Positions 47,959-60,271 of a stretch of DNA of 64,000 nucleotides are shown here, piece after piece. How positions within the stretch are numbered: the first letter of the stretch is position 1; every line of letters begins with the position of its first letter. Position numbers and translations under genes: made by a program. Source of the stretch: Ascidiella aspersa (taxonomy: Eukaryota). The stretch covers positions 13,330,001 to 13,394,000 of the forward strand of contig OZ004613.1 of the NCBI GenBank assembly GCA_963924565.1. Reading direction: 5' to 3'. The notes below the pieces were generated by a model that saw only the letters and a list, made by a program, of their open reading frames with translations, had not been told where the DNA came from and did not search any database.

Positions 47959-50817
47959 CAACGGTGTCCAACCTGCGGCCGTCGATGAATAATTGTGCGG
48001 CCGTTAACACGTATTTTAATAAGCATGTGTTGGCGGCCGTGACTGTGCTGGCATGCGTTAATGGTTGACATGATAAATGCAGATTAGAATTTTTACGACT
48101 TAAGGGACTGCAGTTAAATCAGTGATCTAGGCTCTTCGCTACATTCTCAGTGAACAGAATTCTTATGTGCGCTAAAAGAAACTTGATTTCATTGATTGAT
48201 TGATGCACAAAAAATCAGTGTATCACAGGGGTAGGCAACCTACGGCCAGCGGACCGGATAGGCTCGCCAATGTAATTTATCCGGCCCGCCGCCTCTTTGA
48301 CAAACTATAGACACGAGTCCATTACAAATATTTTTGACTATTTTAACTAGGCAAGTGCGAATGATATTTGTACGTCCGGTTCTTTTACGTTTTGAGGCTG
48401 TCTTTTGAACTAGATCAGCGCTTCTTTACCGTTTAACAGTGGAAGGCTGACAAGTGGGTTGCTGACAAACGGAAACCGTATTCAAAAATATTGGGCATAT
48501 ATTTTTAATTTGAGGACACTATGCAGATGTACGGATCTGTAATGTAGCTTGATAATAAATTGCTCGTATCGAAACATCTTAATCAAGATACTGTCGATCT
48601 ACTCGACCTTTTTGGCTTTGCAATTCATTATCAAGCTATTTATGTGGCCCGAAAAATAAAATTTTTTTTTGGACACATGTTGTTTTTATCCAAATAATTT
48701 TTTTATTTTTTATTTTGTTTCAGTCAATTTTTTTGTGGCTTACTTTTGACAAGGAAAAAAACATAGTTGGAACATGAAATTTTCACAACTGTTAAATACC
48801 CTCCCAAAGTTGTTTCTAATAAAAATTTGCCCAGGTTCTAAGGGGTGGTTTTTAGGGGGGCAAAACTGTCATTTTTTGTTAATTTTGGTTTTAAGGACTT
48901 TTCAGAGATAAAAAAATCTGATATATTTATGGATGATGGATAAATGACATATACAATGCTAAGTAACAAACTTTTAAACCTTACCCCTGAACTGTTCATC
49001 CGGGGGTCAAAATGCAAAACACAAATTTCAATGATATATTTACACTGGAAGGAAATGACATAAAAATCTGAAAATTTCACAAATGTTAGAGAACCATTAA
49101 AAGTTGATGTTAAAATAAACATTTTACCTCTTGAAAAAGGGGGAGTATTTTAGGGGGGTAAAATTAAAATTCGGCCGTTTTTGTGTTTGGAGGTATCTTA
49201 AAAACTAAAGAAAACATCGTTAAATAGTTTTCAATTATAAAGACAAATTGTAGGTTGCTTCACAGCAAAATTTTGACCTTCAACTCAAAATAATAGAAAA
49301 TAACTAACCAAAAATACAGAAACTAATTTGATGGAATAAAAAATTGCATTTTTTTTAATTTGATTTTTTAAAGGAATAAAAATTGCAAAAAAAATTGATT
49401 TTTTGATGGAATAAAAATTGCAAACAGAGTGGTGTACACTGCCTGGCAGATTATTCATTTAAGCTTGCGGCGGAGAAATATGCTGTTTTGTAAGAGCAAC
49501 AAGTTAATTTACTAAGAAAAGCCTCTTTCTAAAAGACAAGTCGCACGCGCTTAGTTTCACTAAGACAAGACACTTTGCACAATGAATGTTGCACGCGCTG
49601 GACAAAAAATGCACAGCAGGGAGCCAGCCGCTTCGCGGCCAGAATAAAGCATGCGATATGAACGAATTCTGTATTGAAAGTTTTCTGCCGCTAGATTGGA
49701 GTAGATAGCTGTAAAGAACTAAATCGATTACGTCACACTATTGAGTTTTGTCCCCAATTAGAGGCGTATAGGGGTGCAAGAAAAATTTGTCAAATATTTT
49801 TTAATTTTAAAGACAAGTTATAGGTTTGCTTCGCAGCAAAATTTACAATAAGACCACTGGCAATCAATCTTGTAAAAGTGCACCATGTCCAACCTATAAC
49901 ACGCAACTTCGGGCCACATCCGCTTTTGCCTGCTAAAGCACCGAAACTGGAAGCACAACATTGGGAGTATATGGACACTGACAAATAACACCCGTTGAAA
50001 GAATATAGAATAACTAAGGAATAACACCCTGGTAAAGTATAGTGGAACTGCGATATACCCCCCTGGCATAAGTAGAACCGCGCTATACCCCCCTAGCAAA
50101 ATATACAAAAATCGCACACCCTGTCTAGTTTTAAATTGTTTTTAATTTTTGGCAATGTAATAAAAACTTGCACGAAATTTAAAACAAATGCCAGTATATA
50201 AAAAAAATGCTGAAATTGGAACTTTGAGACAGGTCTAAAATTAGACGGGGTTTTCATGTTATAGGCCAGCCAGACATTCGTCTACCATTGCTGGTCAATA
50301 GATTGGCTAAGAGCATTAGAGCAGGCTCCCTAATATATTATTTTTGACAAATTTCAATGCAAACGCTATTTTTTCGCGCTTTGCGCGCACCTCTTCTATC
50401 TGTCTTTATTGTATTTTAGTCCTTTTGAAGTAAATCCGTTAATAACAAAAGTGCTACTTATATCATGACATATTGCGCCGCATTACTAATAAAATCCAAT
50501 TCTTACATAAATGCTTGTGTTTATAACAATATGCGATTATTTTATGTGCCTGAGCCCATTTCGATTGAATTAAAAGTTTTGCCAAATCTAAACGTATTAA
50601 ACGCATTTTTTCGCAATTCGCGCGATTAATTTGCATTTAGGTTCCATATTTTACCACGAGTTCGTTAGACAACAAAACGTCTTTTTAAGATTAATTATGT
50701 TATGACGTCACGATTTGACAACTTTTTGAGACATCCCTATACAAATTTAACTTGCAGCCGTGAGGAAAATAAGACTGTCAATGCGGCCGTCAAGAGCTGA
50801 AAGGTTGGACAACCCTG
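47959..50817. mobile_element. Composite non-autonomous hAT element with nested repeats, replacing exons 2-11 of copy 4
   Basis: TIRs CAACGGTGTCCAACC / GGTTGGACAACCCTG with TGCGGCCGTC subterminal motifs at both ends; flanks ATCTAAAC / ACCTAAAG; nested MITE start CAGGGGTAGGCAACC at ~48226; triple GGAATAAAAATTGC-like repeat ~49330-49420. Confidence 0.7.
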
Positions 50818-51137
50818 ACCTAAAGCAAAAGATTCAACGCGGAATTAACTTTAGTGTTATAGTATTAGGACAAATACGAATAAATAAGATATAAACTCTG
50901 GGTCGATTAGGGCCGCCGTTCTAACATCGGCCATCATGGGCGCCGCTGTTTTGGTACATACTGTTGTCCTTGTTTTAGGTAAGGGTCGGGCAATGAGTGG
51001 GAATATAGTTTGGGCTAGGTTTGAAATTCTACTTGATGATAAAGTTAGAGGCGATGTTTAAAGTTAATTAACATGATTTTTAAGATCTTTATCACATTGT
51101 CGCCTTTTCTACGGTGGAAACTTAAATAAACACTTGC

Positions 51138-51350
51138 CTTTACGAGGTCTCCCAAAAACCAGTGCTGGTCGTTCGATTGTCCAATCTCCTTGGCCAAGCT
51201 GCAGTTTTTGTTAAACTTCAAAGTTGCAGGAACTATGAGCTTGAAGACGACCAGCGGAATGACAATCAGAGGAATGGCGTAAGTCGTTAGGAAGCCTACC
51301 AAAAGCTGCACGTTGCCAGGAGAGAATATAGAACCTGCATTTTCTATCAT
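51138..51350 (-). pseudogene. P450 copy 4: orphan exon 1 (promoter region, exon 1 and ~320 bp of intron 1 only)
   Basis: [29 protein letters not shown] with GC donor; no exons 2-11 between 47959 and 51137. Confidence 0.85.
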
Positions 51351-51809
51351 CTTGTTGGCAATCCCAACAGACTACGTTGTATAGCGCTGAATTTCTAAAC
51401 AAAATACCTGTTAAATTTCGGTTTTGATGCTCATAAAAGTTAGCCGAAGTTTATCTTTTGTGTTATTTAAGCACGGTTATAGTGATTAGGATGGTGCCTG
51501 TTGTTTTGCACGGCTATCAACCAACATTAACAATAAACGCTTTTTTAAATACTAACCCATATTATGGCATTTAATGCCTTGTTGACTCGAGTCACTTGTA
51601 AGACCTAATTTTTAAAAGTTAAATGTCAAGAGCAGTGTGCAAAACAAGTCCTTCATTTATGGCATAAAATATTGGCCTATATTGTAATTTTGTTACATCG
51701 CAAGTGGCAAAACCGTGCACCCATTTAATGCAATACCGGAAACCCTAACCTATATACAAACCATATTAAAAATACCGATAATGGCGCGGTTTCATTTTGT
51801 GACCAAATA

Positions 51810-52583
51810 CAGGCTTGGGCTTAAGCACTCGCCCACTCGCCAATGCGAGTGCAAATCGCTCCGGGCGAGTGCTGATTGACATCCATTCGCCCGACCCACT
51901 CGCCCGAATAACCGGCGCCCGACTGGCGAGTGGCTTCGGCGAGAAATTTTCAACTTGCGTTAAGCACCACTTCTTACCGAAATGTTACTTAGCGCCGGTT
52001 ATTTCGTTAAACACTAAGGAGCAAATACATTCAACACTACATACATAATAAGGTTAATCGGAGTCACGTTTAAAGCTCTTAATAAAGATTCTTTGTCCCG
52101 TTGTATGATCGTAATAAAGACTCAACTTCTCGTTTTAAAAAATCGTTTACCGGCAAACAATCAAATACGACATTGCTGCAGTGGTAATAGTTATGAGGTT
52201 TATTGTTTAACAGTTTTCGGTAACAATAAGTTTGAATGCAAATGTCTTATATTATTTGTAAGCAGTGTTTTTTAAGACGTTCGTTTTAAGAGGCCGAAAC
52301 GGCCCACTAAACACTACGGTATTTTAAAAACTAAAGCTGAAAATTAGCAATTAGTCTACGTAAGTATGTTGTTGCGATCCCTAAAGTTCATAGCGCAGCG
52401 CAGAACCTTTGGTGCATATGCTTCTGTGCGAAAAGAATGGTTTAGTTGTAAATTTACAATTATTTTGTGATTATTTGCTGTTCAACCAGTAACTATAGTG
52501 TTAGGCGAAATGTGGCGTTTTGTTTGTGGCGATAGCCGCTCGCCACGCTGGCGAGTACAATGTTTTTCTTAGGAACAACCCTG
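51810..52583. mobile_element. TIR element (hAT-like) with apparent 5-bp TSD upstream of copy 4
   Basis: TIRs CAGGCTTGGGCTTAAG / CTTAGGAACAACCCTG; ACTCGCC/GGCGAGT subterminal repeats; AAATA on both sides; absent from paralogous positions (~38850, ~47140, ~60725). Confidence 0.7.
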
Positions 52584-52659
52584 AAATATAAAATAGCAGT
52601 AAAATACTTTTAAAACTTAGACTCAAAACTAAAATCACTTTAGTAACCTGCTTTGTGAC

Positions 52660-52903
52660 TGTTACGTGTTTATCAACACTTAAACACTCAAATTAATTAA
52701 TTGCCATAAGCCAAATCTTAGAGTTCATTAAGTTATCTTACGAATTTTTAAATAGGGCTTTAGATTACGCGTTTCAGCTTTCGTTTGCCAAATATGTTCT
52801 TCAGTTACAGAATATCATATTTGATGTTGCAAAGTTTTCCGTATTGTTGTGTGAAAAATTCCTGTGTTTTCCTGCTTCATTTCGCCTCGTTTCAAACTTG
52901 ACA
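52660..52903. mobile_element. Solo LTR (244 bp)
   Basis: TGTTA...TGACA termini; perfect 5-bp TSD GTGAC (52655-52659 / 52904-52908); empty site CTTTGTGACCTAGATAC at ~60867-60883. Confidence 0.8.
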
Positions 52904-53453
52904 GTGACCTAGATACATCCTGTACTAAGTTAATGTGCAAAAAAAACGGATTTCGCATTCCAGACAAAGTATACACTGACTGAGAATCTTGCATGTTTTC
53001 TACTGCTGGAAGACAAACAAACGAAATACCTTTTGCTGTGACTTGGTTATGGCCAAAGGTTACTAGTTGGATTCGCAAATCGAGCAACCATCCTACTCTA
53101 AAGGACGATCGTTATTTCAATTGTTCGGTCAAGAAGAACCATGCACGAAATTACGCGAGTTTAAACACACTAAACAAACTGAATCTGAACGTAAAATAGA
53201 TACTTTTTTTTTTTTTTTCGTCCAAAACTGCGTTTGAAAAGACTCTGCGAAAATTAAAGCACGTTAGGCAAAAACGATGAAAACATAATTAAAAATGGAA
53301 GTAAACAATATAACTTGGGGGTTTGGTGGCACTGATTGTAGCCACAAAGTTTTTCTTTCAACAGGCCTAAGTAATTTCTTGTACACCGATGCTATAAGTT
53401 AAAAAATATTAAAGATTAATGCAAAACAGGCGAATGAATTTCCAAACATATGT

Positions 53454-56400
53454 TCAAATATGCCGAATTTTCACTTGAATGCCGTTTTGTGACGATAACG
53501 AAGCTCCCGGTGTAATTTCGGGCTCCTTGCAATCCGAATCCAGGTAGATTTCAAATCGACGCAGGATCTGAGAAACCACCACCCTCATTTGATGCATGGC
53601 AAAGTGCTGGCCGATACAGTTGCTGACAAACAATTAAAAGTGTAAACAAAACAATCTGCTGAAAGTGCCTAGTCGATAACGAAAATAGGAAGTCTCGGAA
53701 ATATCATATACAAGAAAAAATGCTGGTTAATCTCAATGTCTATATTTTATTTAAATTACGTAATGAGTACATGTCAGTCAAAGTATTTTATTGAAGAGCT
53801 TGTATGTGCCGGTGGGTGTTTGCTGGCATGTCGTTTCACCATCGTGCATAATAAAATGTTTAAAATAAATAGCAACATTCAGCCTTTTGAGAAAAGTTAA
53901 CTTACCGTGAACCAGCTGAAAACGGTATAAAAGCGAACGATGATCTTTGCGAAGATCGTTCGCTGCTAAAACGATCAGGGTCGTAAACCTTTGGAAAACA
54001 AAAGCAACAATTTAACTTAAGCAAAAAATATTTCAACACACTGTACAAATATTAGATAACGGGAAAAGGAAGATAAATTAACGGAAAAACGCACGCAGCA
54101 TTGATTTTTAATTTTAATTTTTGATATGCTTGACCGTTTCCAAAACCAGCGCGTAAAATGTCACGTTTCCTCTTAAAATTAAAATTTTGTGTCGCCATTT
54201 AATACAGGCCAATCTAAATAGCGGATGGCCTAAGATTCATCAGGAAAATCAAAATATTTCGGCATCGTCAATAAATCCACCAAATTTGTTTTTACGCGGA
54301 TTCTTATAGTTGCTATTTTTCGCCAAACACAACTTAACCTTAACAATCCGTATGTTTTACACACAAACGCTTACATTCGGGTTTTCCCAAACGCGCGGAT
54401 TCCGATGTAAGGCGAAAATATTGACGCCGACGTTTTGGCCGGGCTGAAGGACCACCTCCTTGTAGCCGTCAAAGCGATGTGAAAGGGTCATGGGAGCCGT
54501 GATGTCACGACCGATGAAATGAATCACGGGCGCCAGACGCATACTCTCCTTGATGCACTGGGTCAGGAAGCCAAGTTTGACCATGTCAGTTCTGAATGCA
54601 AACCACGAGATACCGTTCGTGAAAAGTTAGGTGAAGTCTTAATTTGCGGGAATAAAATTTAATTTAGTATAATTAACGACTTAGGCAACAGCAAATTAAG
54701 AAAACGTCAGCAGTATAAATAAAACAAATCCATGTTAAATAAAATTCAATTGTTCAATAGTATAGTATTTATCAGTTAAGGTTGTCATTTTTAAATAAGT
54801 TGTAACGCTGCAATAAACCAATATAATTTCACAGCAAGTGGCATTTTGGGGGTTTATTGTTCAAAGAACTTGGCATACGTTTTACTCACATTTCCAGGTC
54901 AGGTTTGTTTCCTAAAGCACCGTTTATCTCTTCTCTGCATTTTTCTTGAAATTCGGGATACAAAGCAAGGTAATATAAGGTCCATGCCATTCCTGTAGGA
55001 CAAACACAATAATATTTTATTCATATATTTAGCCACAGCGACAATTTTTTGCAGTTTCATTTTTGAGTTTGGAATTTAATAGAACTAAATCGACGTTCAT
55101 ACAATGCCATTTAAAGTTGAATAATAGTTTTCGGCGTGAAATTAGCACGTGGTGTTGCATAGTGCGTTTTAACAACAAAGTCATGGTTATCATGTCATCT
55201 GTGCATGTAACTCAATAAGGAAACGCTTACCGTTTGCAACTGTCTCTTGTCCTGCACTAAAAAATGTCACCACTTCGTCTTTCACCTCTTCGTCTGTAAG
55301 TGCGACACCATGCTGATCCTGAAAACCCAAAATTACCACATTTGTTACACGAATAGTGCATCAATCAAAGTTGCACTATAGTTCAGGGGTTCTCAAATTG
55401 TTCTTCCAATACCTTCTCTTTGTAGAACGACACATGTGTTGTAATACACGAAATCATAATGTAGGTTTTTGTTGTGTAAAGCAAATTTAAGAAATACTTT
55501 CAAAATACACAGAGTGAGTCAACTGAAAGTCAAAGTTTTAAACATTTTATCATGGCATTGCCAATTTCAGCATATGGCGCTTCGTATGAAAATCATAACA
55601 ATATTGTTATAACTAACTATCACTCAGGGAGTAGAACCGGAACTATATGAACTGGTTTGGGTCAATTTTTTTCCGAACCGCAACCGAACCTGAACCTTTT
55701 TTTTCAGTATGATTTTAAGGAGAAAAACCGGAACTGACCCAATAATTTGAAAGAACATGAACCTTAACCGAACCCGAATCTGTAAACAAAAACGGTTCAC
55801 TCCAGCATGACTTTACCAGTTGTGTTTTACAGAGTCAAGTTATGCCATGGTCAAAATTTTATTCAAGAAAGTTAAATGTTGATTGAAAAACGTTTTAAAC
55901 AGTTTTTCACCCACGATATTACTGTCGTAGGTGGTTATACTTCAGTACAGTATGATATTGTAAAAATGACTGAATTAGGATTACGATCCGCTGCACCAAA
56001 ACGTGTTGCAGAGCCACAGAATGGAACTGTTGAAAGGTTGTTTGCCCTTGAGCTTTAGAATAGTTTCTTAATTGGTTTTAAATTGATAACTTAAACGGTT
56101 TTAGATTTATTTGGTAGAAAGTCAACGTCTTATATTGACCTTGTTTGTTTCGTGTTGTCGCTGACTTTAAGAAACTAACCTTCGTTTGCAACAAGACATC
56201 AAGGAAATCCACATATTTTCCCTTCCTCTTTGTGAACATAAACGTTTTTCCGCTGCCTTTATCTTGCATAGAAATCGACTCTGTTTCGCCATCCATAGAC
56301 TTCAATAAAGCTCGTCGCTCACTTATAATCTATAGTGGAAATATGTTTAAATATATTATTGACTTAAGATAATACTCCTCTCCTATGTGGCAGCAAAGAA

Positions 56401-59400
56401 AACGCGGAAACAACATTTTCGTTTTAACACCGTCTTAAATTCAAAGTTAGCATTCGATAGCTATAAGAGTAATAAAATAATGAACCTTACAAATATACTT
56501 TTTCTGTTTAAAATTCCTTGACAAAAATTTGGGGGCAATGGTTTACCGAGTTAGCTTTTCCATGGATTGCATCGATGATTGATTGGAACTTTTTGCCTTT
56601 CGGTGAATGTGAGTAGAGAAAACTGTTCCACATCCATACTTTTTGCATTCTTTCAAATATCATACCTGACGCCACTTTCAAGCTTTCGATGTACCGGGCA
56701 TTTTCCCTGCAATTTTTGAAAGTTGATGTATATTTTTTGAAAGTAATTTTGTTTTAGGAATTTTTCAAACTTATATATAACTTTAATAATTTGTCGGTTT
56801 TAACCAGGTGTAAGCATTTAGTTTAACATTGGGTCGCATAAGAGACACAAAATGTCTTACAGGGCCTGGTCAAAAAGGAGATTGGAAATACGTATACACC
56901 AAGTGAAATTTTCCACGAAAATATTAAAAAAAATCAAAATAGCCAAGTTAGTTTTACTTTAAAATGTTTGCGGTAAACTAACGGCGATCTGCAATAAATT
57001 GCTTGGCTGACCTATTTTATTCCCTTTTGTATTTCCTAATTCGTCAGATCTGTCTTTGGCCAAATGTTTTTATGTTACTTAAGAAAGTATGCTAAGCTGT
57101 TTACCAATCGCTGTATTTATAGTGCATACTTGATATTTGTATGGCTTATAGCATTTTGCTTAGCAGAACCTAATTTTACTTTGCATGTTTTCTTTGTAAA
57201 GGTTTACCTATTCATTCCAAACAATAACACCGTTACCCATGATGCCATTAATGTGATATAAATTTCTCGGTAAGACATTTTATAATATTACTATAAACAG
57301 GTATGTATGATTTTTGTTAAAGAACAACTGCAAACGCTTGTAAGCCGCAAAACAATTTCTCACCCTGTTTTGTCAGTCGTTTTTTGTGACATCACGCATT
57401 GCATCATGTTGGTGAATGAAGTATCAAATGTCAACTGGCTGATGTCGTAAACCTCACGTTTGATTGCTAACTTTTCACAGTTCTCCACAACGCTTTGGCA
57501 GTTGTCGTTAAAGACCTGGATATGACTGCAACAACAAACCAAGGTTCCATCAGCAAAACATAAAAGATTTTAAGTAGACCTGTTTAAAGTTCTTAGAAGG
57601 AGATGTCATATAAAAAGCAAACAGTAAAATAAATGTACTTTGAAACAATCTAAAAAAATGCTGATTGTAACACCAAAGAAGTAGTAGAAAATAAAAACGG
57701 TAATTATATTCCCTACAAAAAAAATTGAAAAATGTTTTTGGGGTCAATATTACAACAAAGCAGTAGAAGAGTTATACACAGTACGAAATTATCTAACATA
57801 TGTTAATGTAAATTGAAAACTAATAATAATTTAAACAAAAAAACACAAGCTTGAAATTATTTTAAATCTTTCAATCTGTGCAGAAATTCGGGCAGTTATA
57901 TTTAAAACTAAAATAGCTGATATGCTTATCTCACGCTTTTAGAACGTCGAAATGGAATATCGGTGTCAGCAATCGGCGATGACGTCGCCAAATTTCGTTC
58001 TCTGACGTAACTAGTCCTTGGCCGAGTAATTTCCTCAGAAATTTTTTGTATCCGGCTGATTTTGGTGCAACTACATGTTTGCATGTTTATTTTCAACACA
58101 AAATGTCTGTAAGATGTTAGTGTAAAGTAAGTTTATTTCCTTTGGGCCTTATTCGTTTGGCGTGCAATACAACTTTACGCCCATAATTGGCAAAACTTGT
58201 TAGTAGCCTCGTGAAATCCTACTAAACGTTTATTGGAACAAAAAATAGGTAAAGTGTGGCAATAGCCACACTGTGTTGTAGTACAGGCGACAGGCGTCTA
58301 AACATGACAAATCTGAACATTTTAAAGATACATTTCTACTGCCTATACTTACAAGGCGACGTCATTATGGTTTTTACTACATCTGGATGGTAAACATGAA
58401 CGCTTAAGAACGATCGGCCGAACCAATAAGCACACATTGCCGGTAACTCGTTGGACCTCTCTGCTGAGTTTACCAATCCATAATACTTGTTCAGTGGATA
58501 CTGTAAATAAAGCATATCCTACCTTTAATGGCAGAACCACTTAAATTTCCTTGTAATAAATTAAAAAAATAACTATTACACAGGTCAACACAATTTTTTG
58601 GCACAAAATGTTAGAGTTTCAGGATATCCAGGACTCCTGAGCCTAGAAATGCCTTTCGATGTTTCGAATAAGCTAAATACTCTTTCAACAATGAAAATAT
58701 TTTTAATATTCTTACGCGAAGGCTTTCGGTAAAAAGACGAAGGTAAGGGTTAAACAAGTAATATATAAACCCATAAGAGTGTGGCGTCGAGACAACGTCA
58801 TGTTTAAAGGCTGATTGTCCACAGAGTGTGGCGTTGAGAAGTTATAATGAACCTAGCTTAACGCCCTTGTACGTGATTTAGTTTTTTTTAACATGTCATT
58901 TTTGTTCTTGGACCAATATTACTTTTCGTAAGAAAAAACTAAAATTTGTTTCCGTAAGAGAAACAAAATGCTAAGAAGTTACTGTAGTAAACGAAATCAT
59001 TTTATATTCTGCAACAGCATAGAACGCCTATTTAAAGCAACGGGTGTCCCCAAATGACAACCTAAAAATCGAGTAGCGTTTGCTTATCGATAAACCAAAA
59101 AGGTGTTCAAAGTGTGTTCTGCTTCCGACAAAGATATTTTTTAACGCAAAGGCATTTAACTTTTGGACAGTTTTTTTTAAGTAGGGTCGGTGGACCCTGG
59201 GAGTACGTGGACTATTATTGAGGGTCCATAAAGAAATCTAAATTTTTGGGGCCTAATTTTTAAAATTGATATTTTGTTCAAACAAGTTAGTTTAATTGAA
59301 AGAAACGCTTTGACGCTTTCTTAAAAAAGTATTTAAACCTATTTAAATTTTCACTTATTTTAGCCTGCAAACAGCAGGTTTCATGTCGACGTGTTTATGA

Positions 59401-60271
59401 CGTGAACTTTGACGTAACATTTTAAAATCATACAAAAGGACCTTTCACTCATATATACGTCATATCGCATGTTACGGTTATTTTTAAGTTGATGAACATT
59501 CCATAAACGTGTGTTTTTTGCATTTCAACTTGATAAGGACCAAAAATATTTTTGTGTCTGAGAAATGTACCTAACAGATTTATTTCACACTTTGTCATTG
59601 TAATTTACGACGCGCCGCTTATGATTATGGAAGCGAAAATTGATAGTTTCAACTATAGAGCCAATTTAAACAAACTAAGTGCATTTTCGAAATCAACGAC
59701 CCTGGATTATTTTAAAACGACTCTCATATCTTGCGCAATGAATTTTTTGTTGACCAGTGTTTTTATTTTTCCAAGTGTTTCTGCACTTAATCGCAATCAA
59801 TGTTTGTGCTAATTAAATAGACACAGTAAGACCTAAAGCAAAAGATTCAACGCGGAATTAACTTTAATGTTATAGTATTAGGACAAATACGAATAAATAA
59901 GATATAAACTCTGGGTCGATTAGGGCCGCCGTTCTAACATCGGCCATCATGGGCGCCGCTGTTTTGGTACTTACTGTTGTCCTTGTTTTGGGTAAGGGTT
60001 GGGCAATGAGTGGGAATATAGTTTGGGCTAGTTTTAGTTTTTGGGAATAAACACTTGCCTTTACGAGGTCTCCCAAAAACCAGTGCTGGTCGTTCGATTG
60101 TCCAATCTCCTTGGCCAAGCTGCGGTTTTTGTTAAACTTCAAAGTTGCAGAAACTATGAGCTTGAAGACGACCAGCGGAATGACAATCAGAGGAATGGCG
60201 TAAGTCGTTAGGAAGCCAACCAAAAGCTGCACGTTGCCAGGAGAGAATATAGAACCTGCATTTTCTATCAT
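53454..60271 (-). CDS. CYP4: Cytochrome P450, clan 4/CYP4-like, copy 5, 11 exons, 542 aa
   Basis: Exons 60059-60271, 58353-58500, 57935-58070, 57364-57525, 56547-56706, 56180-56329, 55231-55318, 54890-54992, 54375-54591, 53906-53988, 53454-53622. Motifs SAGQETV, KESMR, FSAGSRNCIG. GC donor in intron 1. Confidence 0.92.
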
